From positions 20,522,001-20,586,000 of the forward strand of contig CM059438.1 of the NCBI GenBank assembly GCA_030390025.1: a DNA stretch of 64,000 bases. Reading direction: 5' to 3'. The position numbers and the translations under genes were made by a program. Below the pieces are notes generated by a model that ran no database searches, was not told where the DNA came from, and saw nothing but the letters and a program-made list of their open reading frames with translations. This document shows positions 39,201 through 54,200 of this stretch, piece after piece. Numbering within the stretch: position 1 is the stretch's first letter; each line of letters starts with the position of its first letter. The DNA is from Squalus acanthias (Eukaryota).

Positions 39201-42200
39201 CCAGCTGTGAATTAGTGCCATCCTGGGCAGAAATCTCTGGGCACAAAGTGCTTTATGGAGTGAGGAAATATGACATCACGTGGAACAGTGAACAACAGAT
39301 TTTTGGTTCATAGCGAAACATAAGAATTGAATTTATGAGGTCTGCGTAATTTGGCAGCATTGAACTTTAGACCCTGGTCACAGAGGATGAGCTAAGATGC
39401 AGCGAATATAGTGATCCACTTTAGAATGATAAAAGTAGTTCATATTTATCTCAAGATTGTAATATGCAACTTTGTTTGCAATAAAAATAATTTCAGCTCT
39501 AACCTAACATTTACTGTATAACAGGATACGGCTCATGCAGATACAACTGTGGGGGACATTCATCAGGTTGTTCCTGTGATTACAACTGTGCTTATTATGG
39601 CAACTGTTGTCAGGATTTCTGTGACCACTGTTCTTACATTAATAACGGTAAGAGAACTTTCAGAAAATAAACTAATATTCAAATGTATGTTAAAGTTAAA
39701 AAATCAAATCAAAAGTCTATCAGAATTATCAATGGGACTTTATTGAAGATTATCGCTCATATTGAGAATCAGTGTGGCTCAGTCCTGATGATGTGAGATT
39801 TTTTTCTGCCGTGTATAATGTGATCCATGAGATTATTATTAGGACAGATTTGTCCTGTACGCCTTCAAATGTTAAAACCGGGTCAGTCTGAAAAACAGTA
39901 ACTCAGTTTAGTTACTGGTGTCCGGCCTTTGGGACATTTCCTTCAACTTATTGAGTTTGTTCTCATGCTTCACTGCTTTGGATAGTGTTTGTGGTGAGAT
40001 TAATTCCAGTAAGAAAGCAGAGATCACCAGTGAATGGCAGGAGGTAAATGCTGACAGTTTCATGCAACATTGCGCAGGGGTGCGGCATTATGTTATAGTC
40101 TGAAATATTTACGAAAACTGAACTTTTATAAATGATCATCACTGTAATATTTAAGAGTTTTAAATTTATTCATGTCAAAGTTCTGCAAAAGAGGATAACA
40201 GCAAATACATTGTACCTGGGCAATATCTGTTGTTTAGATGTTTTAATGAAAAGGCTAAATACTTTTTATATGAGCACCATTTTTCAGCATTTTAAAAGCT
40301 GAAAATGGAAAGTATAGCGGTTGTGGAAATATTTTTTATTGTATTATACTTGGAGAACAGAGCCGATGTTCATGAATCAAACCGAAGGAACCAAAAACTC
40401 AATTCTGACTGAACGATAACAGCAGAGTTTGTCCTGCTGACATATGGAATAAACTGCCACCTCGTTAACTGAAAGTAGACTCAGTAGAAGTTTTCAAAAC
40501 TGAACTGGACAGATTACTGACTTAACAGGGAGTAGAGGGACACAGGCTTGAGATTAAGCAAGGAAGGAGATGCAACTTGTCCAAGACAGAAATGATAGAT
40601 GTGGACGATTCCCTCAATTGCTACTTGTTCGTGATGTCATAAACTTGATGGAAAGATTTCCAATGTTTGCAATTTGTAGTAAAATTGTAACAACTTTCCA
40701 AAAGATGTTTATTATTCTGCCAGGAATTGCAATCAAAGGAATTCTTACATTATATATGCAATGTCGCTAATACATAACCAGGGAAAATCTATCCCTAAAC
40801 TGAGCTAGATTAACACAAAAGCCTTTTCATATTGACACCATTTTGTGTTCCTCAACAAATAACTTAATACATGATGAAGCCTAGATGGAAATGTCAATCA
40901 TAGTTGATATTAATAATGTCAAACATAGTTATATTAATTTTATTTTCAATATATATTAAATTAATGTTTCTATGAGTATGAATGTAATACGATTGTTTAA
41001 AAACACCGGGCAAAGCAAAATAATTGTGTTTCTCTACAGGATACTGCGGCACGACTACCCCTACTGAAGGTGAGTAATATTTTTACACTAAATGTAACGC
41101 CTTTCTTCGTGCTTTCGATAAATGCTCCTAGTGGACAAGACTCTGAGAGTGCAGAAGGGAAAGTTCAACCTTTTACCAAAAATTTCCAAATGAGGAAACA
41201 TAATACTGATGCTCTTGGCAAGGAATCGCTCTGCCTTTCTCCATTTGGTTCTTTCCCAATGTGCCTCTTGGATCTTGTAGTATCTGGACTCCACTAAGAC
41301 CTCTGTTCCGGCCGGTATCCCTATCCTCATCCTTAAGATATGTGCCTCTGAACTTACACCTGTCCTTTGCTACATTTTCAGTCTCAGTTATTCTGATTCT
41401 ATGTTTTCCTTTGCTCAGTGATATGCTTCGTTTATGTCGTCCCTAATGAAGTTGACTGCTCTTATTGCTGCAATGACTGTGCTATTGCCTTTACACTGAG
41501 AATTATCAGTGACACAAGAGTAATCGCCAGTGCACCATAGCACTGTGCGTGAGGTTGTGGAGCAGCAAAAAAGAAGAATTAAAGAGTAAATATTCTGCCT
41601 CTGTGGTCCCTGCATAGACGATTTGCATGTCAGTAAATTGCATGAGCAATCCCCGATTTCCGAAAGTGGGGCAGGACTCGGGCCTGATAGTGCAGATGGG
41701 AAACTTTACACCAACATTTTAAAGTTAGTAAAAGTAACATTAGTGCTCTTGGGAAAAACTATGCTCCATTTCTTCATTTGGTTCCCTGATGATGATCAGT
41801 ATTAAGTTTTATTCGCACCATGGCTCTCAGATCCTCCAATCGCTGAACACCACTAAGGCCTTTAGATTAGAATATCTATTGGCAGGCTTTAAACAGACTC
41901 AACTGAAATTGTGCTATTTGAACCTAATTTCTCTACATCAGCATATTAGCATCAGTTAAAGTGCAGATTTGGACTGGTATTAGGAGCGCACCATGGATGG
42001 GAACAGGAAGTTGCTTGTAAGTAAAGTTTAAAGGGGTGGGGACAATTAAAGGAGAGTGTCATGATAGGGGGACAGAAATTCTGTAACCATTTGGAGAGTC
42101 ACAGAAGGCCTCTCAATGTACAGGTACATTGCTCTGTTAATGCTTTATTCCAATGAAAACCAAAAATATTTGTGATTTGCTGTCGTTTGCACTGGGTCAC

Positions 42201-45200
42201 CTGGGCACAGTGAATATCAGAAGACTATGCAGATTCCTTTACGGTCGTGCACTCGGACCCACCAGATGTTCTGATATTCGGTGTGCTCAGGCAATCCTGT
42301 GCGTCTACCCGCAGGCCCAGGAAGAGGTCTCCTACACATCTTTTTATAACATTATTGACTAAAAATAATTTCAGCTGTAACCTAATATTACTGTATAACA
42401 GGATACGGCTCATGCAGATACAACTGTGGGGGACATTCATCAGGTTGTTCCTGTGATTACAACTGTGCTTATAATGGCAGCTGTTGCCATGACTTCTGTG
42501 ACTACTGTTCTTACATCAATAACGGTAAGAGAACTCTTAAAACTGAAACTGGTATGTAGATGCTTGTGAAAGTTAAATAATGAAATGATAAAACACCTTC
42601 CACATTCAGAAAAACATTTTATTATAGACTAGTAGATCACCCATAATGTGGCATGCTCGGGGTTGAGGGCATGGTTTGGGGAGAGGAGCAAGCAGGTGAG
42701 GGATGCAGCTTGAAGACAAGAGCAAAGTGTTGGCACAGGGAATCCAACACCGTGTCAGGGAACAGAACTGGTGCACAAAGTGTAAGAAAAGGGCCAAGTT
42801 GAAGGAGTGATGGACTGGGATTGGTTTCCTGTTATCTGGCAACTGGGAATGGAGAAGTCTGGAACCTGAGGCAAATTGATCTTTCAATGGTATTTTTAAT
42901 TTTGGCGACTGCGTAAAATGGGCGATATCGGATCGTCCGCCCATTATACACAGATTGGGTGTATAATGGGCAGCTGTGAATGTTAAAATTACTCCAATGG
43001 GTCTGAGGCTGAGGGCAGAGACAGTCTGGGGCGGAGGTCAGGAGCAGTGGCATTCCTGAGGCTGAGGCCAGCAGTAGAGGCGTTCCTGAGATTGATGCCA
43101 AGACTGAAGATGCTCCTGAGGTCAATGTCAGCAGCCAAGGTGTTGCTTGGGTCGAAATAATGAGCAAAGGTATTCCTGGGGTAGATGTCAGAGATGAAGG
43201 CACTCCTGGAGTCAAGGCCTGGATTTAAGGTGTTCCTGGAGTCAATGTCAGCATTTTCGATATTCCTGGGTCGAGGTCAGGAGTTAAGGTGTTCCTGGAG
43301 TCAATGTCAGCAGTTACGACGTTCCTGTGGTTGATGGCCAGAGCAAAGGTGTTCCTGGGGTCATGGTCAGGAGTTAAGGTGTTCCTGGGGTCGAGGTCAG
43401 TCATTAAGCTGTTCCTGGGGTCAACATTTGGAGCAAAGGTGTTCCTGGGGTTGATGTCACCAGTTAAGGAATTTCTGGGGTTGATGTCAGGAGCAAAGTT
43501 GTTTCTGGGGCCAGCATCAGGATGGAAGGTATTCCTGGGGTCGAGGGCAGGAGCAATGGCGATCATTCCTGATATTGACTCTAGGAACACCATCGCTTCT
43601 GCCCTCAACCCCAGGAATACCTTCATACCTGATATTGACCCTAGGAAGTTATTCCTGGGGTCGAGTGCAGAAGTGATGATGTTCCTGATGTCAGTATCAG
43701 GAGTGAAGATGTTCCTGGGGTTGATGTCAGTTGTGAAGGAGTTCCTGGGGTCGAAGTCAGGAGCAAAGCTGTTCCTGGGGTCAATATCAGGAGTGAAGGT
43801 ATTCCTGGTATCGAGGGCAGGAGCGATGGTGTTCCTGGGGTCAATTTCAGGAGTGAAGATGTTCCTGGCATTGACGTCAGGAGTGAAGATGTTCCTGGGG
43901 TTGAAGCCAGGAATAAAGATGTTGCTGGGGTGGAGTTCAGGAGCGAATGAGATCCTCCGATGAACTGAAATGGACAGAGAATCACAAGCTGTACACACCT
44001 GAATTTCAGCTGCTGCACAAGCCTCCCTGTCGGTAGCACAAGTTGGAAAAATTACCTCAAATTCTTGGTTTAGTCAGATTAATGTTAATATTGATCTGAG
44101 TATAAATGAGGTACTTTCAAAATCTCTGATATACTAACTTATTGCTTCCAATTATTTTATTTGCAGATCACTGTTATCTTACTGCAAGCCCTACTGGTAA
44201 GTAAATTTGAATATATTTGGTGTTGTGTATATTGGTGGCCGTGTGAGTAGGTATGAAAACTTTCAATGTTGTTGACTTCCAAAATCTACATAGATAGAAC
44301 TGAGAATGAATAATTGAATGGTATTTATTATTGATTACATTTTTATATCCCTAAATTATATCCTTATATTAGATGGAGAAAGCAGAGCTCAGTAATAAGA
44401 CCTCAGTTAGAGTACCTTGTACCACCCCCCCTTGACATTCATTGGTATTACCATCGCCAAATCCCCCACCATGAATATCCTGGGGGTCGCGACTGACCGG
44501 AAAATCAACTGGACCAGCCATATAAATGGCATGGCTACAAGAGTAGGTCAGAGGCTGGGTATTCTGCGGCAAGTGGCTGACCTCCTGACTCCCCACTGCC
44601 TCTCCACCATCTGCAAGGCACAAGTCAGGAGTGTGATGGAACACTCTCCACTTGCCTGGATGGGTGCAGCTCCAACAACACTCAAGAAGCTCAACATCAT
44701 CCAGAACAAAGCAGCCGGCTTGATTGGCAGTCCATCCTTCACTTTAAACATTCACTCCCTCCACCACCAGTGCACCATAGCTGCAGTGTGTACCATGCAC
44801 TGCAGCAACTTGCCAAGGCTTCTTTGACTGCACCTCAGAAACTCGCAACCTCCACCACCTAGAAGGACAAGGGCAGCAAGCGCATGGGAATATCATCACC
44901 TCCAAGTTGCCCTCCAAGTCACACGCCATCCTCACTTGGACATATATCGCCATTCCTCCATCATCACTGGGTCAAAATCCTGGAACTCCCTACTTAACAG
45001 TATTGTGGGAGTACCTTCACCAAATGGACTGCAGCAGTTCAATTATGGGCTCACCACCACCTTCTCGAGGGCAATTAGGGATGGCCAATAAATGCTGGCA
45101 TTGCTAGCGATGCCCATATCCTGAGAATGAATTACAGAATATATCAGGTTCCACACTACAGCAAGTTACTCAGGCTTTGGAGAGGGTACAAGACAGATTC

Positions 45201-48200
45201 ACGCAAATGCTGCCTGGTATAAGGAAGTTCAAATACAAAGAAAGAGTTAAAACTATTGGTTCTTTTTATATTAGAATAATGCAGAGTACAGGGTGATATG
45301 ATAGAAGTGTTTAAAAGGATGAAAGAGGGTAGATAGAAGCAGACTATTTCAACAGTTGAGGGGTCTGGAAGGAGGGACCACAGAAAAAGATGAAATGTGT
45401 GACATTTAGAACAGAGGGCAGGGGACACTTCCGAACACAGAGAGTTGTGAGGAGCTGCAATTCACTTCCAGGGTTAATGATTGAGGCAGTAACTATATCA
45501 ATATTCAACATTAGATTGAATAGGTGGAAAAGGGGTTGCAGGGATATTTCCTAAAGATTACATCAGGGCTGAGTTCTGAGTGAGGTCTGAGCACTTTTGT
45601 GCTTGCTTCAATATTTTCCTTCCAAAGATCTCTACATGACCTCCCATTTCATGAAAACTGTGACTTGTGATTGGGGACAGTTACGTACACACCAACCATT
45701 CTTCATGTGTGAGCCTGAACTGTTGGCTCCTCCACAATTCTTCTTCTTCTTAGGCAGTCCCTCGGAACCGAGGATGACTTGCTTCCACACTAAAAATGAG
45801 TTCTCAGGTGACTGATGAGTCCAATGCGGGACCTACAGTCACTGTCACAGGTGGGGCAGACGGTGGTTGAAGGGGCGGGTGGGTGGGGTGCTTGGGTTGA
45901 CGTGCGCTCCTTCTGCTGTTTGCGCTTCGCTTCCACTTGCTCCCGGCGAAGAGACTCAAGGTCTTCGACGCCTTCCCGGATGCTTCTCCTCCACTTTGTG
46001 CAGTCTTGGGCCAGGGATTCCCAGGTGTCGGTGGGGATGTTGCACTTTTTCAAGAAGGCTTTGAGGGTGTCCTTGAAGCGTTTCCTCTGCCCACCTGGGG
46101 CTCTCTTGGCGTGTTGGAGCTCCGAGTAGAGCGCTTGTTTTGGGAGTCTCGTATCGGGCATGTGGACGATGTGGCCCGTCCATCGGAGCTGATCAAGCAT
46201 GGTCAAAGCTTCGATGCTGGGGTTGTTGGTCTGAGCGAGAACACTGACGTTGGTGCACCTATCCTGCCAATGGATTTGCAGGATCTTGCGGAGGCAGCGT
46301 TGGTGGTACCTCTCCAGTACTTTGAGGTGCCTGCTGTACATGGTCCATGTCTCTGAAGCATAGAGGAGGATGGGTATCTCAGAGATGCCGTAATCGTGAC
46401 CATCTTCAAGAAAGATGACAAGTCCGATTGCGGTAATTACAGAGGAGTCTCCCTGCTGTCTGCCACAGGGAAAGTCATCGCAAGAATCCTCCTCAATTGC
46501 CTTCTCCCAGTGGCTGAAGAGCTCCTCCCAGAGTCGCAATGCAGATTCTGCCCACGAAGGGGCACAATGGACATGATCTTCACCGCACGTCAACTACAAG
46601 AGAAATGCAGGGAACAGCACCAACCGCTGTACATGGCCTTCTTTGACCTCACAAAGGCCTCGAGACCGCCAACCGTGAGGGATTATGGAGTGTCCTCCTC
46701 AAATTCGGTTGCCCTCAAAAGTTTGTCACCATCCTCCGCCTGCTTCCTCCACAATAGGGCCATTATAGTCAACAGTTTGACATAATTGAGCAATGAAAAT
46801 TTAACAATAATGGGGGCAGATTAAATACCCAAACCAAATGCTAGTAATGTTGCAAATGTTAGTAGGAGAATTGTCTTTGAAATTCTGTTTAAAATACAGA
46901 AGTCTAATGGTCTGTACAAAAGTAACAAAAGGAAACAAGTCATTGAAGAATAGGCACAGTGGACTGGATTTGATTAGAAGTGTCACACTGCTGCAGAATT
47001 TCAGTTATTCCATTGTCCAATATTATCATGCACACCTAATAATCACAAAGTTCACCGTTTTATGAACGAGGGCAAAAATTCCAAACATTGATATTTAGAA
47101 CACGTTCTGCAACCAGCCTCCCAAAATCAAATTCTTATGTAACTTGTATTGTTGATTGATACATATATGGGTAGGGGGGAAAGAAAGGAAATGGTTGTTC
47201 TTTTGCCATGTATTGCCCCACCTGAACTTATCCATGTCCTTACTGTTAATAGGTGGATCTTGTGGAGGGTATCTTGAAGGTTCCCATGGGTCTGTCAGCA
47301 GTCCAGGTTATCCATACTCTTATCCAAATAATGCACGGTGCACTTGGTACATAAGAGTGGACAGAAATCAAACAATAAAGCTGGAATTTACTAACATTAG
47401 GTAGGTAAAAATGTTTTCACTTTCATATTTTAATGTAAATAATGGCAGGAGTATTTGGTGTCAATTAACTATTGCTGATAGATTCACTTAAATTACAACA
47501 AGGGGGTGGACCAATAATTTGATGTTGAGTGCCAGAAGTGCTGGGCTAGGATCACATTATTGGCCCCTCGGCGCATCCTTTTAAACTGAAATATACCCAC
47601 AGCAAGACAGCAAGGAGGTAGTCTCCATTTTGTCTACAAAAAACAGTATTATAGAAATCTGTGATGTCAGTTTACACAAGAAAAACCACCCAGAGCTAAC
47701 TGATGCATCAGATGATCTTTCTCTGGCCGGCTGATACCCAGCTGAATCGAGATCAGCATGCTTCCTGATCCCAGATGCCGATTCTGCCACCTGATCACAA
47801 CTCAAATCTTCAGTATCAGTCAAGGTTCAAAAATCAATCCATGTTCAGCTTTTGAGTTTTGTTTTTCATCCAGAGTCGACATTCAGTTAAGAAACGCAGC
47901 TCACTGCCCAGCTAAATGATCTTCAACTGGTGATGGACAGGAAGATTAACATTTATTGGTTTAATATGTAATCCTGTAAAGTCAAAACAGTAAAGAGTTT
48001 CAACATAATGCCTGATTCAGTCTCCACACCAATTCTTCCTACTTCATTGAATCTTTGAGTGACCTTTCCAGGGTGAAACGGGGAAATGGTTGGGAGCAAT
48101 GACCAATGTTTTTGGACGTCAAAACAGAGGTGACAATTAGTCTTGGGTCGGTTAACCATCACAATATTTAATGAGCATTCTTTCCTAAATGTGTTCCCAG

Positions 48201-51200
48201 AAACTACAGTCATTTTAGAGATTTTTCAGAAGTCACTTTCTTACTACAGAATTTTCCACCAGTCCCTCTCATGTTAGATTGTGGAGAAATTGCAAATTAT
48301 TCCAATCTCGCTATTTCTAACATTCTTACACTGGTTATATAACATTCAAGGTCATTAAAATCTGTGACGCTTTCAGTGTATTCTTGCGATAACTTCAATG
48401 GAAGTCCATTAGAAGGGACAAAATTAAGATCAGGACTCGCCACATCAGGACTTCTTGTTTTTCCAGTCCTCAGAGGAACCCGGTATCGATGAGACCTGCA
48501 TACCTCGATGAACCGGTGGAAATGGGGCCTAACTGGGGTCCAGCCTGGGATTGTGGGCTGGACCCCTGAAGGAAAAAATATTTTTTGAAGGAATTATTTC
48601 AAAGCAGTCCCTTAGGAGCCAGAGAAGAATGGCAGGACTTATGCTGGGAATTTCCTCAGGGTCTCCCAATTTGCTGCCATAACTGTGATTGAAAACTGTT
48701 TGCTCGGTCCTCCCGATGTTCCTGCATATCTTCTGCTGAAGTTACAGGAATTCCTCGCATTAATTCTTAAGTTATGAAGACAACTCACAGAATCAAACTA
48801 GGACTTACTCGAGAAAATATCAAAGGGGCACAATTCAGGATGTAAGGAAGCTATTTAATTTGAATTGGGAGCAAAAATGCTGAGGAAATGTGTTAAAAAT
48901 TATTATATATGGGAAGAAAGCATCCAGGGCTGACCAATGGAAGTTGAAACTAGATAGATATTCAAGTATATGCTTGCTAATCTTGAAAAGTTGGGAGAGA
49001 AATTTTACAAGTAAATTTGTTAGAGTATGTGCTAAGGCAAATTATGCTACATCGGTTGAAAGAATGGTGGATGGATTGAGTAGCCTATACTTGTCCAATA
49101 TTTTCTCATGTTCTTTGTTTAGGTCCTGAAATGCCTTCTAATGGTGCTTATACATGCAGACATATTTATAATTGTCTGATTTATTAACTAAGTTGCTAAA
49201 AGAAATGGATTACGGTGAAATTAATTTTCAAACTATGCTCATTTTCTTGACAGCCTGGAAGTTTCATCAACTTGCTCGTATGATTATATTGCAATATACA
49301 ATGGGCCTTCAACATATTATCCTTTGCTTTCAAAAATCTGTAATGGAACAAATCAGACATTTACATCATCGTCCAACAGTATGACAATATTTTTTAGCAC
49401 TGATCACAGTGTAACTAGACGTGGATTTACTGCAAACTACTACTCTCTGCCAATCAATGATGGTGAGCTTTGTTACACTTCTTGTCTCAAAATTGCAATG
49501 TACTTTAAACTAGAAGAATTGTAGAGAAATTAGGAATGGATGCATTTTTCACATTTAAATTGCTATTAAAAAGGCCGTATCATTATGTTTCACTACAAAT
49601 GTAGCCAAAAAGTTTAAGGAAGATTCCACGCCCCCCCCGCCCCCCGCCCCCCGATATTCAGTTCCACTGACTTCAATGGAACAGAATATCAGGCGGGGCC
49701 TTTAACAAGCAGCCCATGTGATACCATCCATTTTGCGATATCCCAAAGGTGAATTCATAACCCACAGTCTCTGCCAACACTACACTTACAGGCTGCTGTG
49801 AGTTGTGGGGAAGACTCCCAGAGTGACCCTCATTCTGATTTTCCATCCTTTCAAGTTGATGCAAATGGTGCCCTCTGCTCTGTGCTTCCCCTGGACTCAG
49901 CACCTCCTCACAGATCCCAGCTGTGAATTAGTGCCATCCTGGGCAGAAATCTCTGGGCACAAAGTGCTTTATGGAGTGAGGAAATATGACATCACGTGGA
50001 ACAGTGAACAACAGATTTTTGGTTCATAGCGAAACATAAGAATTGAATTTATGAGGTCTGTGTAATTTGGCAGCATTGAACTTTAGACCCTGGTCACAGA
50101 GGATGAGCTAAGATGCAGCGAATATAGTGATCCACTTTAGAATGATAAAAGTAGTTCATATTTATCTCAAGATTGTAATCTGCAACTTTGTTTGCAATAA
50201 AAATAATTTCAGCTCTAACCTAACATTTACTGTATAACAGGATACGGCTCATGCAGATACAACTGTGGGGGACATTCATCAGGTTGTTCCTGTGATTACA
50301 ACTGTGCTTATTATGGCAACTGTTGTCAGGATTTCTGTGACCACTGTTCTTACATAAATAACGGTAAGAGAACTTTCAGAAAATAAACCAATATTCAAAT
50401 GTATGTTAAAGTTAAAAAATCAAGTCAAAAGTCTATCAGAATTATCAATGGGACTTTATTGAAGATTATCACTCATATTGAGAATCAGTGTGGCTCAGTC
50501 CTGATGATGTGAGATATTTTTCTGCAGTATATAATGTGATCCATGAGATTATTGTCAGGACTGATTTGTCCTGTACGCCTTCAAATGTTAAAACCGGGTC
50601 AGTCTGAAAAACAGTAACTCAGTTTAGTTACTGGTGTCCGGCCTTTGGGACATTTCCTTCAACTTATTGAGTTTGTTCTCATGCTTCACTGCTTTGGATA
50701 GTGTTTGTGGTGAGATTAATTCCAGTAAGAAAGCAGAGATCACCAGTGAATGGCAGGAGGTAAACGCTGACAGTTTCATGCAACATTGCGCAGGGTTGCG
50801 GCATAATGTTATAGTCTGAAATATTTACGAAAACTGAACTTTTATAAATGATCATCACTGTAATATTTAAGAGTTTTAAATTTATTCATGTCAAAGTTCT
50901 GCAAAAGAGGATAACAGCAAATACATTGTACCTGGGCAATATCTGTTCTTTAGATTTTTTAATCAAAAGGCTAAATACTTTTTATATGAGCACCATTTTT
51001 CAGCATTTTAAAAGCTGAAAATGGAAAGTATAGCGGTTGTGGAAATATTTTTTATTGTATTATACTTGGAGAACAGAGCCGATGTTCATGAATCAAACCG
51101 AAGGAACCGAAAACTCAATTCTGACTGAACGATAACAGCAGAGTTTGTCCTGCTGACATATGGAATAAACTGCCACCTCGTTAACTGAAAGTAGACTCAG

Positions 51201-54200
51201 TAGAAGTTTTCAAAACTGAACTGGACAGATTACTGACTTAACAGGGAGTAGAGGGACACAGGCTTGAGATTAAGCAAGGAAGGAGATGCAACTTGTCCAA
51301 GACAGAAATGATAGATGTGGACGATTCCCTCAATTGCTACTTGTTCGTGATGTCATAAACTTGATGGAAAGATTTCCAATGTTTGCAATTTGTAGTAAAA
51401 TTGTAACAACTTTCCAAAAGATGTTTATTATTCTGCCAGGAATTGCAATCAAAGGAATTCTTACATTATATATGCAATGTCGCTAATACATAACCAGGGA
51501 AAATCTATCCCTAAACTGAGCTAGATTAACACAAAAGCCTTTTCATATTGACACCATTTTGTGTTCCTCAACAAATAACTTAATACATGATGAAGCCTAG
51601 ATGGAAATGTCAATCATAGTTGATATTAATAATGTCAAACATAGTTATATTAATTTTATTTTCAATATATATTAAATTAATGTTTCTATGAGTATGAATG
51701 TAATACGATTGTTTAAAAACACCGGGCAAAGCAAAATAATTGTGTTTCTCTACAGGATACTGCGGCACGACTACCCCTACTGAAGGTGAGTAATATTTTT
51801 ACACTAAATGTAACGCCTTTCTTCGTGCTTTCGATAAATGCTCCTAGTGGACAAGACTCTGAGAGTGCAGAAGGGAAAGTTCAACCTTTTACCAAAAGTT
51901 TCCAAGTGAGGAAACATAATACTGATGCTCTTGGCAAGGAATCGCTCTGCCTTTCTCCATTTGGTTCTTTCCCAATGTGCCTCTTGGATCTTGTAGTATC
52001 TGGACTCCACTAAGACCTCTGTTCCGGCCGGTATCCCTATCCTCATCCTTAAGATATGTGCCTCTGAGCTTACACCTGTCCTTTGCTACATTTTCAGTCT
52101 CAGTTATTCTGATTCTATGTTTTCCTTTGCTCAGTGATATGCTTCGTTTATGTCGTCCCTAATGAAGTTGACTGCTCTTATTGCTGCAATGACTGTGCTA
52201 TTGCCTTTACACTGAGAATTATCAGTGACACAAGAGTAATCGCCAGTGCACCATAGCACTGTGCGTGAGGTTGTGGAGCAGCAAAAAAGAAGAATTAAAG
52301 AGTAAATATTCTGCCTCTGTGGTCCCTGCATAGACGATTTGCATGTCAGTAAATTGCATGAGCAATCCCCGATTTCCGAAAGTGGGGCAGGACTCGGGCC
52401 TGATAGTGCAGATGGGAAACTTTACACCAACATTTTAAAGTTCGTAAAAGTAACATTAGTGCTCTTGGGAAAAACTATGCTCCATTTCTTCATTTGGTTC
52501 CCTGATGATGATCAGTATTAAGTTTTATTCGCACCATGGCTCTCAGATCCTCCAATCTCTGAACACCACTAAGGCCTTTAGATTAGAATATCTATTGGCA
52601 GGCTTTAAACAGACTCAACTGAAATTGTGCTATTTGAACCTAATTTCTCTACATCAGCATATTAGCATCAGTTAAAGTGCAGATTTGGACTGGTATTAGG
52701 AGCGCACCATGGATGGGAACAGGAAGTTGCTTGTAAGTAAAGTTTAAAGGGGTGGGGACAATTAAAGGAGAGTGTCATGATAGGGGGACAGCAATTCTGT
52801 AACCATTTGGAGAGTCACAGAAGGCCTCTCAATGTACAGGTACATTGCTCTGTTAATGCTTTATTCCAATGAAAACCAAAAATATTTGTGATTTGCTGTC
52901 GTTTGCACTGGGTCACCTGGGCACAGTGAATATCAGAAGACTATGCAGATTCCTTTACGGTCGTGCACTCGGACCCACCAGATGTTCTGATATTCGGTGT
53001 GCTCAGGCAATCCTGTGCATCTAGCCGCAGGCCCAGGAAGAGGTCTCCTACACATCTTGTTATGACATTATTGACTAAAAATAATTTCAGCTGTAACCTA
53101 ATATTACTGTATAACAGGATACGGCTCATGCAGATACAACTGTGGGGGACATTCATCAGGTTGTTCCTGTGATTACAACTGTGCTTATAATGGCAGCTGT
53201 TGCCATGACTTCTGTGACTACTGTTCTTACATCAATAACGGTAAGAGAACTCTTAAAACTGAAAATGGTACGTAGATGCTTGTGAAAGTTAAATAATGAA
53301 ATGATAAAACACCTTCCACATTCAGAAAAACATTTTATTATAGACTAGTAGATCACCCATAGTGTGGCATACTCGGGGTTGAGGGCATGGTTTGGGGAGA
53401 GGAGCAAGCAGGTGAGGGATGCAGCTTGAAGACAAGAGCAAAGTGTTGGCACAGGGAATCCAACACCGTGTCAGGGAACAGAACTGGTGCACAAAGTGTA
53501 AGAAAAGGGCCAAGTTGAAGGAGTGATGGACTGGGATTGGTTTCCTGTTATCTGGCAACTGGGAATGGAGAAGTCTGGAACCTGAGGCAAATTGATCTTT
53601 CAATGGTATTTTTAATTTTGGCGACTGCGTAAAATGGGCGATATCGGATCGTCCGCCCATTATACACAGATTGGGTGTATAATGGGCAGCTGTGAATGTT
53701 AAAATTACTCCAATGGGTCTGAGGCTGAGGGCAGAGACAGTCTGGGGCGGAGGTCAGGAGCAGTGGCATTCCTGAGGCTGAGGCCAGCAGTAGAGGCGTT
53801 CCTGAGATTGATGCCAAGACTGAAGATGCTCCTGAGGTCAGTGTCAGCAGCCAAGGTGTTGCTTGGGTCGAAGTAATGAGCAAAGGTATTCCTGGGGTAG
53901 ATGTCAGAGATGAAGGCACTCCTGGAGTCAAGGCCTGGATTTAAGGTGTTCCTGGAGTCGATGTCAGCATTTTCGATATTCCTGGGTCGAGGTCAGGAGT
54001 TAAGGTGTTCCTGTGGTCGAGGTCAGGAGTTAAGGTGTTCCTGGGGTCGAGGTCAGGAGTTAAGTTGTTCCTGGGGTCGATGTTTGGAGCAAAGGTGTTC
54101 CTGGGGTTGATGTCACCAGTTAAGGAGTTTCTGGGGATGAAGTCAGGAGCAAAGTTCCTGGGGTCAGCATCAGGATGGAAGGTATTCCTGAGGTTGAGGG

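Noticed and set aside
43225-43998. Minisatellite as a CRISPR array or as a mucin-type exon of the host gene
   Set aside because: Eukaryotic context with contiguous units and no unique spacers. The plus-strand peptide is not Thr/Ser/Pro-like and has no convincing splice sites.
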